Assembly: GCA_030603385.1 (NCBI GenBank)
Contig: JAUVXW010000002.1
Span: 32,001 to 96,000, forward strand
DNA from: Promethearchaeota archaeon
GTDB lineage: Archaea > Asgardarchaeota > Lokiarchaeia > Sigyniarchaeales > SOKP01
Length of the DNA: 64,000 bases
Reading direction: 5' to 3'
In this document: positions 28,760 to 38,448 of the stretch, one piece after another
Layout: each line of letters begins with the position of its first letter
Position numbering within the stretch: position 1 is the stretch's first letter
The notes under the pieces: generated by a model
The model's database searches: none
Told to the model about the DNA's origin: nothing
What the model saw: only the letters and a program-made list of their open reading frames with translations
Made by a program: the position numbers and the translations under genes

Positions 28760-31700
28760 TTGGCTTCTCAAATACAACCTAAGAATAAGGAAAATGAAAA
28801 TCTAGGGAAACAAAATAGGAACCCCTTTATTAAGAAAGTTATCTTAGAAAATTTCTTATCGTTTCAAAAAGATGAGGTTGATTTTGGGGAAGCTAAGTTT
28901 GTTATTATTGTAGGCCCAAATTGGAGTGGAAAAACATCAATTTTTCAGGCTATTAAATTTGCATTAGGTAGTAATGAAAGAGATAATCGCTATACAAAAT
29001 GGTCTAATTTTATTAGAAATAGTCAGAATCATGCAATGGTTGAAATTCATATTCAAAACGGGGATGATATAATACAACTTAGGAGATATGTTATCAGAGG
29101 GCAATCTCCATTTTTTAAAATAAAAGGTAAGAATGAAAAAGAATTTCATAAAGTCCAAGCTCATGATGTCCAGAAAGTAATTACAGATTTAAATATAAAT
29201 CCTGATAATCAGTTTGCTTTCGTCAGTCAAGGAAAAATTGATGCTATTAAAAGCTTAAAACCAACAGAGTTATGTTCTTTTCTTGAAAAAGGTATTGGAT
29301 TAAAACTTCTTCGAGATGAGATATTAAACCAAAAAAGAAACGTGCTTACTTTGGATAATGATTTAAAGTCATTAACAAGTCGAAGAAACACCTTGAACAT
29401 TAGCTTAGAGCTTTTAACACCGAAATTGAAACGCTTGGAACAAAAAAAAAAGTTGTTAGAAATTAGAGAAAAATACAATGATGAATTTTTATGGGCAAAT
29501 CGAGATAAATTGGAAAAGGACATAAACAAAATTGAAGAACTCATTGAAAACCTTAAATTAGTCATAGATGGGATTAAGAAAAGAAAAAATAAATATGATA
29601 ATGAAATCGCAGAATTAATTAATAAAATTTCTATTGAGGAACAGAATATAAATAGGTTGTCAAAGAAACTCGGTGAACTTGATTATGAGAAAACAGATTT
29701 AATTGCAAAAATACAGAATTGGCAAAAAGAAAAGATATTAGCTAAACAGGAATTAGATGTACTGTCTAATAAAGTAAGAGAAATCGAAAAAATTATTACT
29801 AATTTTGAAAAACAAAAGGAAAGTTTAGATAGTGAATTAATAATAATTAAGAGGGAACAAAAGAAATTAGACGTTCAAATTACAAGCCTAATAAAGGAAC
29901 AAGATCAGTTAGTAAAGAAAATTAAACAAAATAAGGCTCTATTGGATGAGTATAATAAAATTATTAATGAAAAGGAAGTGAAACAATCAAAAATTCAAGA
30001 TAATAAGAAAACAATTAATGCCATAAATGACGAAATCAACCAACTATTTCAAAGTTTTAAGGATATAGAACATAAATTAGAAAAAAATAAATGGTTTCTA
30101 GAAAATCCTTCAAAAGATTTATTACAAGAAATCGATAGAGATCTCAGAAAAATTACTTTGAAAATTTATGAGATTGATTCAGAAATCAAAAAATTGGAAT
30201 TTGAAAAGTCAAAAAAGATAAATAAGTTAAAAATTCTACAGATATCACTAAGAGAACGACGAGTTGTTCTTCCTTCAAGTATTTCTATTCTTAAGGATGA
30301 GATTAATAGAAGAGATTTGAAAGTTAAGGGCCCCTTAATTGAATATTTAAAGTATGGTGATGAATTAAGCTATGCTATCGAATCTGTGCTAGGGGAAAAA
30401 TTATTATATAGTTTTGTAGCGGAAGATTGGGATACTTTAACTCTATTAAAAAGATTGAAAGAAAAATATGGTGCCTATTGTAATATATATCTTCCCAAAA
30501 AATTAGGTATTCAACCTTTAATAGATATTTCTGCTAATGGGGTTCTCGGTTATCTAGCTGAGCTTGTTAAAATCGTCGATTACGATTTAGATATTAAGAA
30601 AGTTATATATTCTAAAGTAAAGAATTGTTTAGTTGTTAAGGATTACCATTCTGGAAGAGAACTTTATAATAAACTTGGTTTCAAGGGTAAATGTGTAACT
30701 TTAGCAGGGGAACAAATTATATCCTATAAATATGTTTATGAAACCCCTTATGTAAAAAGATTAAAGGGTTTATTAAGCGCAGCAACTCAAAAAGAACAAT
30801 CTAACGTATTAGAATCAGAAATTAAATCAACGAATGATTCGATTTCAGAATTAAGGGTTGAACAATCCAAATTAGATATTATCCAAAAAGAATTATTCAA
30901 TAAAAAGGAATCTTTTAGCGATCTTTTATATAATTTTAACCAAAAACAGAGGATCACAACGAAAAAAAATCAATTATATAAACAGATGCATGACTTAGAA
31001 AAAGACAATTCTGAAATTAAAGATAAACTTAAAGATTTAGAATTTAAAATTAAAAATTTAAAGACACAAACTGACCCGGATTTTTTTAAATGGAATGATA
31101 GATTCAATGAGATCCCAAATGAATTGACTTCTTCAAATGAGGAAAAGAAAAAATGGGATTTGAAATTAGATGAAACTTCAGATATCCTAAAGGAAGTGAA
31201 AGTGGAGTTAAATAAGCAAAAAAATAAATTAAATATTAACAAATTAGATTACGAAAAAAAGAAAGAAGGGTTTCAAAAAGCAGACAAATCTGCTTTTGAA
31301 ACTTATCGACAATTAGAAAATGTAGAAGATAAACTTGAGAATATCGAGAAAGATATCACAAATTTGAAAGAAAATAAACTTCAATATCAAAACAGGAAGA
31401 ATGAAATCGATAAAAGAAGTATACAAATTACTATAAATTTGGAACAAGAAAATGTTAAATTAAATGCATTTAACCAAGAAATAGAAGCAAAAAGAAGGGA
31501 TTATGAACGAATTAATTCAGAGATAGGTCCCTTAATTTCTGAACAAATTATAGAAATTCGTCCAATAGAATTGATAAATGAAGATATTTCAAAAATCGAT
31601 AAGCAATTACTCAGTTATCTAGATGTCGATGATTCACTTCTAGTTGAGAAAGACCAAATAATAGCATCTCTTAAAGAAATTAATAGAAATCAAAACGATT

Positions 31701-32227
31701 TAGAAAAAGATATAAAAGCTGCAATAAAAACTGAACGTAAACTAGAAAAAACATACTATGATAAATTTAGTGTTGTACTTGAAAATCTACAATCTAAAGT
31801 TAATCAAAAGTTTGATGATTCTCAAATAAAGTCATATTGTTCTCTTGAACTGACTGGAAAATTTGAAGATCTTGGTGTTGATATAAAAGCAGCAACCTCT
31901 AAAGAACAATTAAAATCTTTTACTGCACTAAGCGGGGGGCAAGTTTCTCTTATATCAATTTGTTTGATCTTATCACTACAAGAGATTAAACCATCTCCAC
32001 TATGCATGTTTGATGAGGCAGGTATGTTTTTAGATGAAAAAAATTCAGAAGTGGCTTATCAATTGATTAAATCAACGTTAGAACAGAATCCTATCCAATT
32101 GTTCATGTTTTTGCCTAAATCTTCATCTTCATTGTTTTTGCTTGCTGAAAAAATAATTGGAATTGCTAGAGCTGGTAAAAATGAAATCTCCTCGGTTTTT
32201 AGACCAAAAATAATAAAAAAGAAATAA
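28760..32227 (+). CDS. smc: SMC ATPase, SMC5/6-like
   Basis: GPNWSGKTS, Q-loop DNQFAFVSQ, long coiled coils with hinge (KGPL...AIESVLG), LSGGQ, CMFDEAGMFLD. Confidence 0.92.
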   Translation: MASQIQPKNKENENLGKQNRNPFIKKVILENFLSFQKDEVDFGEAKFVIIVGPNWSGKTSIFQAIKFALGSNERDNRYTKWSNFIRNSQNHAMVEIHIQNGDDIIQLRRYVIRGQSPFFKIKGKNEKEFHKVQAHDVQKVITDLNINPDNQFAFVSQGKIDAIKSLKPTELCSFLEKGIGLKLLRDEILNQKRNVLTLDNDLKSLTSRRNTLNISLELLTPKLKRLEQKKKLLEIREKYNDEFLWANRDKLEKDINKIEELIENLKLVIDGIKKRKNKYDNEIAELINKISIEEQNINRLSKKLGELDYEKTDLIAKIQNWQKEKILAKQELDVLSNKVREIEKIITNFEKQKESLDSELIIIKREQKKLDVQITSLIKEQDQLVKKIKQNKALLDEYNKIINEKEVKQSKIQDNKKTINAINDEINQLFQSFKDIEHKLEKNKWFLENPSKDLLQEIDRDLRKITLKIYEIDSEIKKLEFEKSKKINKLKILQISLRERRVVLPSSISILKDEINRRDLKVKGPLIEYLKYGDELSYAIESVLGEKLLYSFVAEDWDTLTLLKRLKEKYGAYCNIYLPKKLGIQPLIDISANGVLGYLAELVKIVDYDLDIKKVIYSKVKNCLVVKDYHSGRELYNKLGFKGKCVTLAGEQIISYKYVYETPYVKRLKGLLSAATQKEQSNVLESEIKSTNDSISELRVEQSKLDIIQKELFNKKESFSDLLYNFNQKQRITTKKNQLYKQMHDLEKDNSEIKDKLKDLEFKIKNLKTQTDPDFFKWNDRFNEIPNELTSSNEEKKKWDLKLDETSDILKEVKVELNKQKNKLNINKLDYEKKKEGFQKADKSAFETYRQLENVEDKLENIEKDITNLKENKLQYQNRKNEIDKRSIQITINLEQENVKLNAFNQEIEAKRRDYERINSEIGPLISEQIIEIRPIELINEDISKIDKQLLSYLDVDDSLLVEKDQIIASLKEINRNQNDLEKDIKAAIKTERKLEKTYYDKFSVVLENLQSKVNQKFDDSQIKSYCSLELTGKFEDLGVDIKAATSKEQLKSFTALSGGQVSLISICLILSLQEIKPSPLCMFDEAGMFLDEKNSEVAYQLIKSTLEQNPIQLFMFLPKSSSSLFLLAEKIIGIARAGKNEISSVFRPKIIKKK

Positions 32228-32237
32228 AAATATAAAA

Positions 32238-32888
32238 ATGGGAGAATATAAAGATTTTTCTGAAGAGATAAATAGAAAAATAGAGGAAATTCAAACAAAA
32301 GTTATTACAGGGGAAGTGACTCTATTAGATGTAGAATTGTTTCCTATTTTTGAAAATTTAAAGGATTCACTTAATACTGGCAATCTTAATAGATATTCTA
32401 TCACATATAAGAATGCTTTTCAGCTTCTAATTCAAAAATTTGAAGAATTAAAAATTTTAATTAATAATATTGATAGAAAGGAAGGATTTTTAAAATTTCT
32501 AAAATCAAATCCAGAAGATTCAGAAATTTATCAATTGCTTAACGAATGTTGGATAAAACCTTTCAATATTGAATCTCTTTCTTTGGATTTTCTTGAATAT
32601 TCCAGAGATAAGCTAAGTATTAAGAGAGGTTATCCAACAAGTATAGAACATATAGAAAAAGTGGAAGTGAAAGGTACTTTTTTATTAGAAGTTCCTGAAC
32701 AAAAATTTACTGAAAAAATGTTAAATTTCTACAACAATATTAAAAATAAACTTCCTTGCTCATTTGATGAGATATTTGAAGACGATCAAAATCAAATTAG
32801 AATTTATGAAAATTTTGTATATCTTTTACATTTACTCCAATTAGGGAAAATAAAATACCAAAAGGAGACGAATTTTTTATTTATATAA
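32238..32888 (+). CDS. kleisin (ScpA/Nse4-like)
   Basis: 10 nt after smc; C-terminal kleisin wHTH FVYLLHLLQLGKIKYQKE. Confidence 0.72.
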   Translation: MGEYKDFSEEINRKIEEIQTKVITGEVTLLDVELFPIFENLKDSLNTGNLNRYSITYKNAFQLLIQKFEELKILINNIDRKEGFLKFLKSNPEDSEIYQLLNECWIKPFNIESLSLDFLEYSRDKLSIKRGYPTSIEHIEKVEVKGTFLLEVPEQKFTEKMLNFYNNIKNKLPCSFDEIFEDDQNQIRIYENFVYLLHLLQLGKIKYQKETNFLFI

Positions 32889-32892
32889 TGAG

Positions 32893-33429
32893 TTGTTAAA
32901 AATTATGAATGAATTCACAATTTTAATGCATTTATTAAGTAATAAAACAAATAAAATTCACATAGGTGCTTCTAAAGAAGAAATTCTAAAAGCATTAAAT
33001 ATTCATGGAAAAAATGAATCTATATATTTTCAAGATTTAATTACGCACTTATCAAGTTACATTGAACCATTAGGGCTTCAAATTCGATTTAATCCCCTAA
33101 GTACTCGTTGGTATATTGCATTTGATATATTCACATCTGATTTTGTATCTGCCAATCCTTTTGAGGGTAGACCAAGGTTAGCTGCAACATTATTTTGCAC
33201 TTTAATTTACTGTCTTAAAAATTTGGGTATTGCTAAAATTCAAGATATAAAAGAAATTAGAAAGAAGAAACATATTATCGAAGATTTGAAGGAATTGCGG
33301 AACATGGGGTATTTACAACTTGATGAAAAACTAGGAAAGGTAAATCTAACTCCTCTTATTGGATATCAACTAGATCTGAATAAACTCTTTATAAAATTAG
33401 CTTTAAAAGTAAAAGATCAAAAAAGTTGA
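32893..33429 (+). CDS. KITE-like tandem winged-helix protein (ScpB/Nse1-3-like)
   Basis: follows the kleisin; two wHTH-like halves (YIEPLGLQI; LKELRNMGYL...LTPL). Confidence 0.65.
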   Translation: MLKIMNEFTILMHLLSNKTNKIHIGASKEEILKALNIHGKNESIYFQDLITHLSSYIEPLGLQIRFNPLSTRWYIAFDIFTSDFVSANPFEGRPRLAATLFCTLIYCLKNLGIAKIQDIKEIRKKKHIIEDLKELRNMGYLQLDEKLGKVNLTPLIGYQLDLNKLFIKLALKVKDQKS

Positions 33430-33445
33430 ATTTTTAACTAAAAAA

Positions 33446-33547
33446 TTAGAAATTTGAAAAGACAGCTACTATTTGCGTTGTTATTCGGGAAATTGTAATT
33501 ATACCCTTTTCCTTTTCCTTTGCCCTTTTCCTATCACCGCCAGGAGT
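33446..33547 (-). pseudogene. remnant of a paralog of the adjacent small GTPase
   Basis: TPGGDRKRAKEKEKGIITISRITTQIVAVFS vs APGGDRARAVVKMGIITISRIATQIVAVFS in the intact gene. Confidence 0.8.
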
Positions 33548-33691
33548 AAGATTGATTTGATTGATAAATTATTATTAAATTATTGAAGAAAAACAATATT
33601 TCTTCAACATTTTATGAACAATTATAAAAAGAGAATTTTACTAATGATAAATTTTTAAATCTTGAATTTTTAACTTAGAAAATTGAAAATT

Positions 33692-34330
33692 TCATTGTTT
33701 TGTAGTAATTTCTAGTATCATTTCAGCTACTCTATTGTTGAATTTTTCAACATCCGCGAAGTCTTCAACAGTTTCTCCACATGTTATAAAAAATTCATTT
33801 ATGGCTATTTTTCGAGTATCAAAAAATTCTTGAATTTGGGTTTTCATTTCATCAATTTTTTTATCCCTATTTCCTTCGAGCAAGTCGACCTTATTAATAC
33901 ACACATTTATTTTATCCGGGAAAAATCTTACATCGTTGAAGAATTCAAATTGACGGTCTAAATCCCTGTCAAGTGAAAAAACAGCCACTATTTGCGTAGC
34001 GATACGAGAGATTGTTATGATTCCCATCTTGACAACAGCGCGAGCTCTATCACCACCAGGAGCGAAGATCGTATGAGCTCTGTTGCTCGAGTCTTCTCGA
34101 AACACAATTCGGTTAGGATGGATTGTTTTTGTCTCTTTTTGATTAAGAGCATCTTCCTTATCTCCTCCAGGTACTGTTGCTTCACCTGAAAAATCAGCTT
34201 TAACTACAGAGCATTTTACTCCACCTTCAACTTTTTCAATATCACCCTTTTTCAAATACCGTACAAATAACCGAAGAATACTAGTTTTTCCAACACTAAC
34301 ATCACCTAACAATCCAATGTTTACGATTAT
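33692..34330 (-). CDS. divergent small (Ras-superfamily-like) GTPase, probable ATA start
   Basis: IIVNIGLLGDVSVGKTS (G1), NKVD (G4), TCG (G5); G3 is FAPGG; ATA at 34330 overlaps the upstream TAA. Confidence 0.8.
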   Translation of the reverse strand: MIVNIGLLGDVSVGKTSILRLFVRYLKKGDIEKVEGGVKCSVVKADFSGEATVPGGDKEDALNQKETKTIHPNRIVFREDSSNRAHTIFAPGGDRARAVVKMGIITISRIATQIVAVFSLDRDLDRQFEFFNDVRFFPDKINVCINKVDLLEGNRDKKIDEMKTQIQEFFDTRKIAINEFFITCGETVEDFADVEKFNNRVAEMILEITTKQ

Positions 34331-35145
34331 ACTTCACCTTCTAATAGCTTATTTAATAATAATTCATAGTCTGGTATTAGAAATTGTTCGAGTAGAGCAT
34401 TATTATGAGCGTGAATAAGAGCAATTAACACTTCTTTCATATTTTTTGCTTTTTTTGAATATTTTACTAAATTGTCTGAAGTAGGCTCTTCATTAAAATC
34501 TCTTGCGTGTTCTTCAAATCCAAATCTTGATAGATCAGGTAATGCATTAAAAAATCCAAAAGCAGAATAGCCCTGATATTGATAAAACACGAAGAATCTT
34601 GTTTTGATATTTTTAATTACACTAGATAAATAAGTTGATGGATAAATTTCTCCCAAGGTTAATTCTTCATCTTGTTTTATCACGAAATAAGGAGAAATTG
34701 GAGAAACTTGCGAACCGTACATTTCTTTAGGAGGAATAGAAATGAATGGAAGTTTTTCTGATACTATTGTCCAGAGGTCTTCTCTTCTTTTCTCTAACAA
34801 AATATCTTTAATCTCATCATAAGCAAAGTAGAAGTCTGATTGCAACGCTAATAGAGAACTTAAATAAACTGATATTGAAGCAAACGTAGCTTCTAATATA
34901 GGTCGTCTCCCGCCATTTGACTCTGAGGGTTTAACAGCACCTTTCCATGCCCTTAATCCTGAATACGCAAATGATTTAACATCAAAAAAGGCTCCTGAAA
35001 GAAATAAAAAAGATGGAGCATCCCCTTTATCACCAGTTAATAAATCCATAGATCTTTCAATTAAAATGCTTTCTAATTTAGCATCATGAAATCTAGAGTG
35101 AACTATGGGCATTTGTAACCAAGATTTTTTCTTTGCCAAAATCAC
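34327..35145 (-). CDS. hypothetical protein coupled to the GTPase gene
   Basis: 272-aa ORF whose stop overlaps the probable GTPase start. Confidence 0.7.
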   Translation of the reverse strand: MILAKKKSWLQMPIVHSRFHDAKLESILIERSMDLLTGDKGDAPSFLFLSGAFFDVKSFAYSGLRAWKGAVKPSESNGGRRPILEATFASISVYLSSLLALQSDFYFAYDEIKDILLEKRREDLWTIVSEKLPFISIPPKEMYGSQVSPISPYFVIKQDEELTLGEIYPSTYLSSVIKNIKTRFFVFYQYQGYSAFGFFNALPDLSRFGFEEHARDFNEEPTSDNLVKYSKKAKNMKEVLIALIHAHNNALLEQFLIPDYELLLNKLLEGEV

Positions 35146-35293
35146 TACACTCTTTTTATTAATTTCGATAAAATTATAAAGGACTGCTGAATAATTAATT
35201 TTTCCTATTTTAATTAAACAATATATTATCTCAATATAATTATTTGCAATTAATAAGAACAGATCAAGATAGAATCTTAAAAACTGAACTTCT

Positions 35294-35917
35294 TTAGCTA
35301 CCTATTTCTTTGGCTAAAAGCTCTCTCATTTTTGAAGTGATCAAATCAAATTCTTGAATTGTTTTTAAATTAGAGATTTTTATACGCTCTATCAATTTAG
35401 AATTCTTAAAATAATCATAATTCAAATCTAAATCGGGATTAATATCTTTGATTTTCAAAAGTGCTCCTCTTAAAAAAATGCCTATGAAATCTTCGGATGT
35501 TTCTCTTATTTCTCTATCCATAGGATCAAGAAGTTTTATCTCAACTTTATTAAAATCTAAGAAATTTAACACGCATAATAATTTTGATTCTTTTTCTTTT
35601 CTCTTAGAAAAAATCTTTCTTTTAATATTTGTACCTTTTACTCTTTCCTTAGGTATTTCTTCTACGAAATATTGTTCCTCAGTTGGCTTTTTTTCGACTT
35701 CCTGTAAAGATCTTGAGTAAATTTTATCTGCACTCTGAAAAGATTTATCAGATACAAGCGAATTAAGGAAATTTAAGACTTCCCTTAATTCAGAAATCTC
35801 TATTTGTAACTCTTCAAGTTGTTCTTTCTTTTTATAATAGAGATTTTGAATTTTACTTAGCATCTGTGATAATTTTTCAATCTCAGTTTCATTATCTCCA
35901 AGATCCATTGATTTCAT
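35294..35917 (-). CDS. hypothetical protein with N-terminal coiled coil
   Basis: KKEQLEELQIEISELREVL heptads. Confidence 0.7.
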   Translation of the reverse strand: MKSMDLGDNETEIEKLSQMLSKIQNLYYKKKEQLEELQIEISELREVLNFLNSLVSDKSFQSADKIYSRSLQEVEKKPTEEQYFVEEIPKERVKGTNIKRKIFSKRKEKESKLLCVLNFLDFNKVEIKLLDPMDREIRETSEDFIGIFLRGALLKIKDINPDLDLNYDYFKNSKLIERIKISNLKTIQEFDLITSKMRELLAKEIGS

Positions 35918-35997
35918 ATATGTTTTATAAGAAATTAAATTTATTTAAAAATTAATGCTATTGTTAAATTAAGTAATTTTTTTAAAGTGAGATTAAA

Positions 35998-36870
35998 ATG
36001 CAATCCATGATAATAACTCCCAATCCTTCAGATCCTGAAGTTCGAATATTATGTAATGAATTCGAGAAAAAAGGCTATAATGTGGAATTTTTTATCCCCT
36101 CAACAATGAAAGTAATGGTTTCATTCAAGGAGAAGTTTAAAGAAAAATTTGAAAACCTTGAACCTAGAGCAGCTTTGGTGAGAGGTTTTGGTGCTGCTGC
36201 TACTCAAAAAATTTTTTTTAGGCTTGATATCTTAAGAGCAATTGAAGAATATGATGTTAAATTAATAAATTCAAGGGAATCTTTAGAAATCGCGAGTGAT
36301 AAATTTTTAACTTCAATATTTCTTGAGAAACATAAAATTCCAACACCTAAAACAATCATATGTGAAGACCCTAATAAAGCGTTAGAAGCTTTTGAAGATT
36401 TAGGAGGAGACTGTGTCTTTAAACCTCTTTTTGGATCAAAAGGTATAGGAATCACTCGTTTGAATGACAAAGCGTTTGCTGAAAATGTTTTATATTCTTT
36501 AGGTCGGCTAAATGAAGTATTTTATCTGCAAAAATTTATCGAACATAATAAGAGAGATATCAGAATTCTAGTTTTGGGTGATAGGGTTGTCGCTGGGATG
36601 TATCGAGTAGGCGATAGCTGGAAAACAAATATCTATGCTGGTGCAAAAGCGGAGCCTTTAGAAATTTCAGAAGAATTAGAAAACCTAGCAATCAAAGCAG
36701 CTCAAGTGACCAAAACTGAAATTGCTGGAGTAGATCTAATTGAAGGAAAAAAGGGTTTTCTTGTATTGGAAGTCAATTCAATTCCGGGTTTTACAGCCTT
36801 ACAAAAAGTTACTTCTGTTAATATAGCAGAAGAAATAGTTGAATATTTTTTAAAAGAAAGCAAGGGATAA
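35998..36870 (+). CDS. RimK/MptN family ATP-grasp alpha-L-glutamate ligase
   Basis: SDKF, KPLFGSKGIG, RDIR, WKTN, GVDL, EVNSIPG. Confidence 0.92.
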   Translation: MQSMIITPNPSDPEVRILCNEFEKKGYNVEFFIPSTMKVMVSFKEKFKEKFENLEPRAALVRGFGAAATQKIFFRLDILRAIEEYDVKLINSRESLEIASDKFLTSIFLEKHKIPTPKTIICEDPNKALEAFEDLGGDCVFKPLFGSKGIGITRLNDKAFAENVLYSLGRLNEVFYLQKFIEHNKRDIRILVLGDRVVAGMYRVGDSWKTNIYAGAKAEPLEISEELENLAIKAAQVTKTEIAGVDLIEGKKGFLVLEVNSIPGFTALQKVTSVNIAEEIVEYFLKESKG

Positions 36871-36937
36871 AAGGAACTTATTTAAAAAAAAGAAAAAAAA
36901 TAATAAGATTATAAAGAGCCAAATTATCAATCTCAAT

Positions 36938-37273
36938 TTAAAGATCTTCAATTAATCCTATTAAGAAAGCAATTAATACTAATACTCCTGCGATTATGTC
37001 GACAAAAACAAATAATAATATTGCTAAAATCAAAAGAACAAACCAATGAAATGGGATCGGATTATTAGGTTTTAATGCAACCCAGAATGTAAAAATTACC
37101 ACTACTAATCCAATAATAAAGTTAACAACAATATGTACTCCAACATCAATTGGTAAAACTTGATATTGATCACCGATATCTGTAAGCCTAAGTATTAAAT
37201 ATACTAACCCTACAATAGCACCTAAAATCGTCAATAATTTCATTAATTGTCCATTTTTGTATTTTTTAGTCAA
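36938..37273 (-). CDS. small membrane protein
   Basis: 4 hydrophobic segments. Confidence 0.65.
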   Translation of the reverse strand: MTKKYKNGQLMKLLTILGAIVGLVYLILRLTDIGDQYQVLPIDVGVHIVVNFIIGLVVVIFTFWVALKPNNPIPFHWFVLLILAILLFVFVDIIAGVLVLIAFLIGLIEDL

Positions 37274-37486
37274 TTTGTATCAACTCATTTGAAATAATAG
37301 TTTCTATTAAGTCATTAAGTTATAAAAGCATTTATATTTCAATTTAGAAATACCAAAAAAGTTTGTTTAGCTTTATTTAAAACGACTTTACAAGAGGTTA
37401 AAATCAAAATTCGTGGCTGTTAGGATCAATTGTATAATATCACGATATTTTTCTATTTTAAATACGATTTGTTTTGTAAAAACCAT

Positions 37487-37657
37487 GTGATTGACGAAAA
37501 AATAAATCGATATAAGCATGAAATTAACCTTGCAAAAAAAATATCTAGTATGATACATGCTGATGGAGATTACTATGAAAATTTGATAATCAAATTTCAA
37601 AAAATCATAAGGTTTTATGAAGATTTAAAAATTTGGAGAAAAATTTCAGAAAGTTAG
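37487..37657 (+). CDS. small hypothetical protein
   Basis: probable GTG start (VIDEKINRYK...FYEDLKIWR) within ORF 37430-37657. Confidence 0.5.
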   Translation: MIDEKINRYKHEINLAKKISSMIHADGDYYENLIIKFQKIIRFYEDLKIWRKISES

Positions 37658-37668
37658 GACTTATAATC

Positions 37669-38283
37669 TTACACGAGAAACAAATTTATTCCAAATTCGT
37701 TTTTTAGGGTTTCATATAATTTATGCATAGGGAATCCGATTACATTTGAAGAAGATCCATTTATTTTTTTAATGAATAGACTTGCTTTATCACTTATTGA
37801 GTATGCTCCAGCACGTCCTTTCCATTCATTAATTTTAACATAACCACGTATTTCTTCATCTGAAAGGTTTAAAAATTCGACCGATGTTGTATCATAGTCT
37901 ATAAAAATTTTTGGATTGTTAGTCTCGGTAATTGCCATTCCTGTAATAAGATTATGAGACTTACCCATTAATTTTTTTAGAATAACAATTGCTTCCTTTT
38001 TGTTTTTAGCCTTACCTATAATTTCACCATTTAATTCTACAATAGTATCCGCTGCGATAATAATAGCTTGCGAATTTTTCTTTAATAACTCTTTTTTAGC
38101 ATATAACGCTTTAGCTTTTGCTAATTCTTTTACCAATAAAATTGGATCGGAAAATTTCTCCTTAAATTCTCTTTCATCAATATTAGATGCTAAAACTTCA
38201 AAAGGAATGCCAGAATGTTTGAAGATATTTCCACGATCTACGGATTTTGAAGCTAATATAATTTTTTTCAATACTATTACCAA
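37669..38283 (-). CDS. maf: Maf-like nucleoside triphosphate pyrophosphatase
   Basis: ILASKS, AADTIV, GK, RAGAY, NVIGFP. Confidence 0.92.
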   Translation of the reverse strand: MVIVLKKIILASKSVDRGNIFKHSGIPFEVLASNIDEREFKEKFSDPILLVKELAKAKALYAKKELLKKNSQAIIIAADTIVELNGEIIGKAKNKKEAIVILKKLMGKSHNLITGMAITETNNPKIFIDYDTTSVEFLNLSDEEIRGYVKINEWKGRAGAYSISDKASLFIKKINGSSSNVIGFPMHKLYETLKNEFGINLFLV

Positions 38284-38448
38284 TGGATTGGAATTTTAGG
38301 ATTAACTAGCTATAAGAAGAATTTTCTTGTAAATTTTATTAGTTAGTTTATTTTGAATTTAATAACTCTGGATAAGTGAAGAAATACATATAATTAAATA
38401 GCTATTAAGTACAAATATAGAATAAATATTAAAAATATCCGGTTCGAT

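Noticed and set aside
27457-33429. Wadjet/MksBEFG-type anti-plasmid system
   Set aside because: No JetD/Toprim nuclease is adjacent, and the gene order and SMC motifs do not fit.
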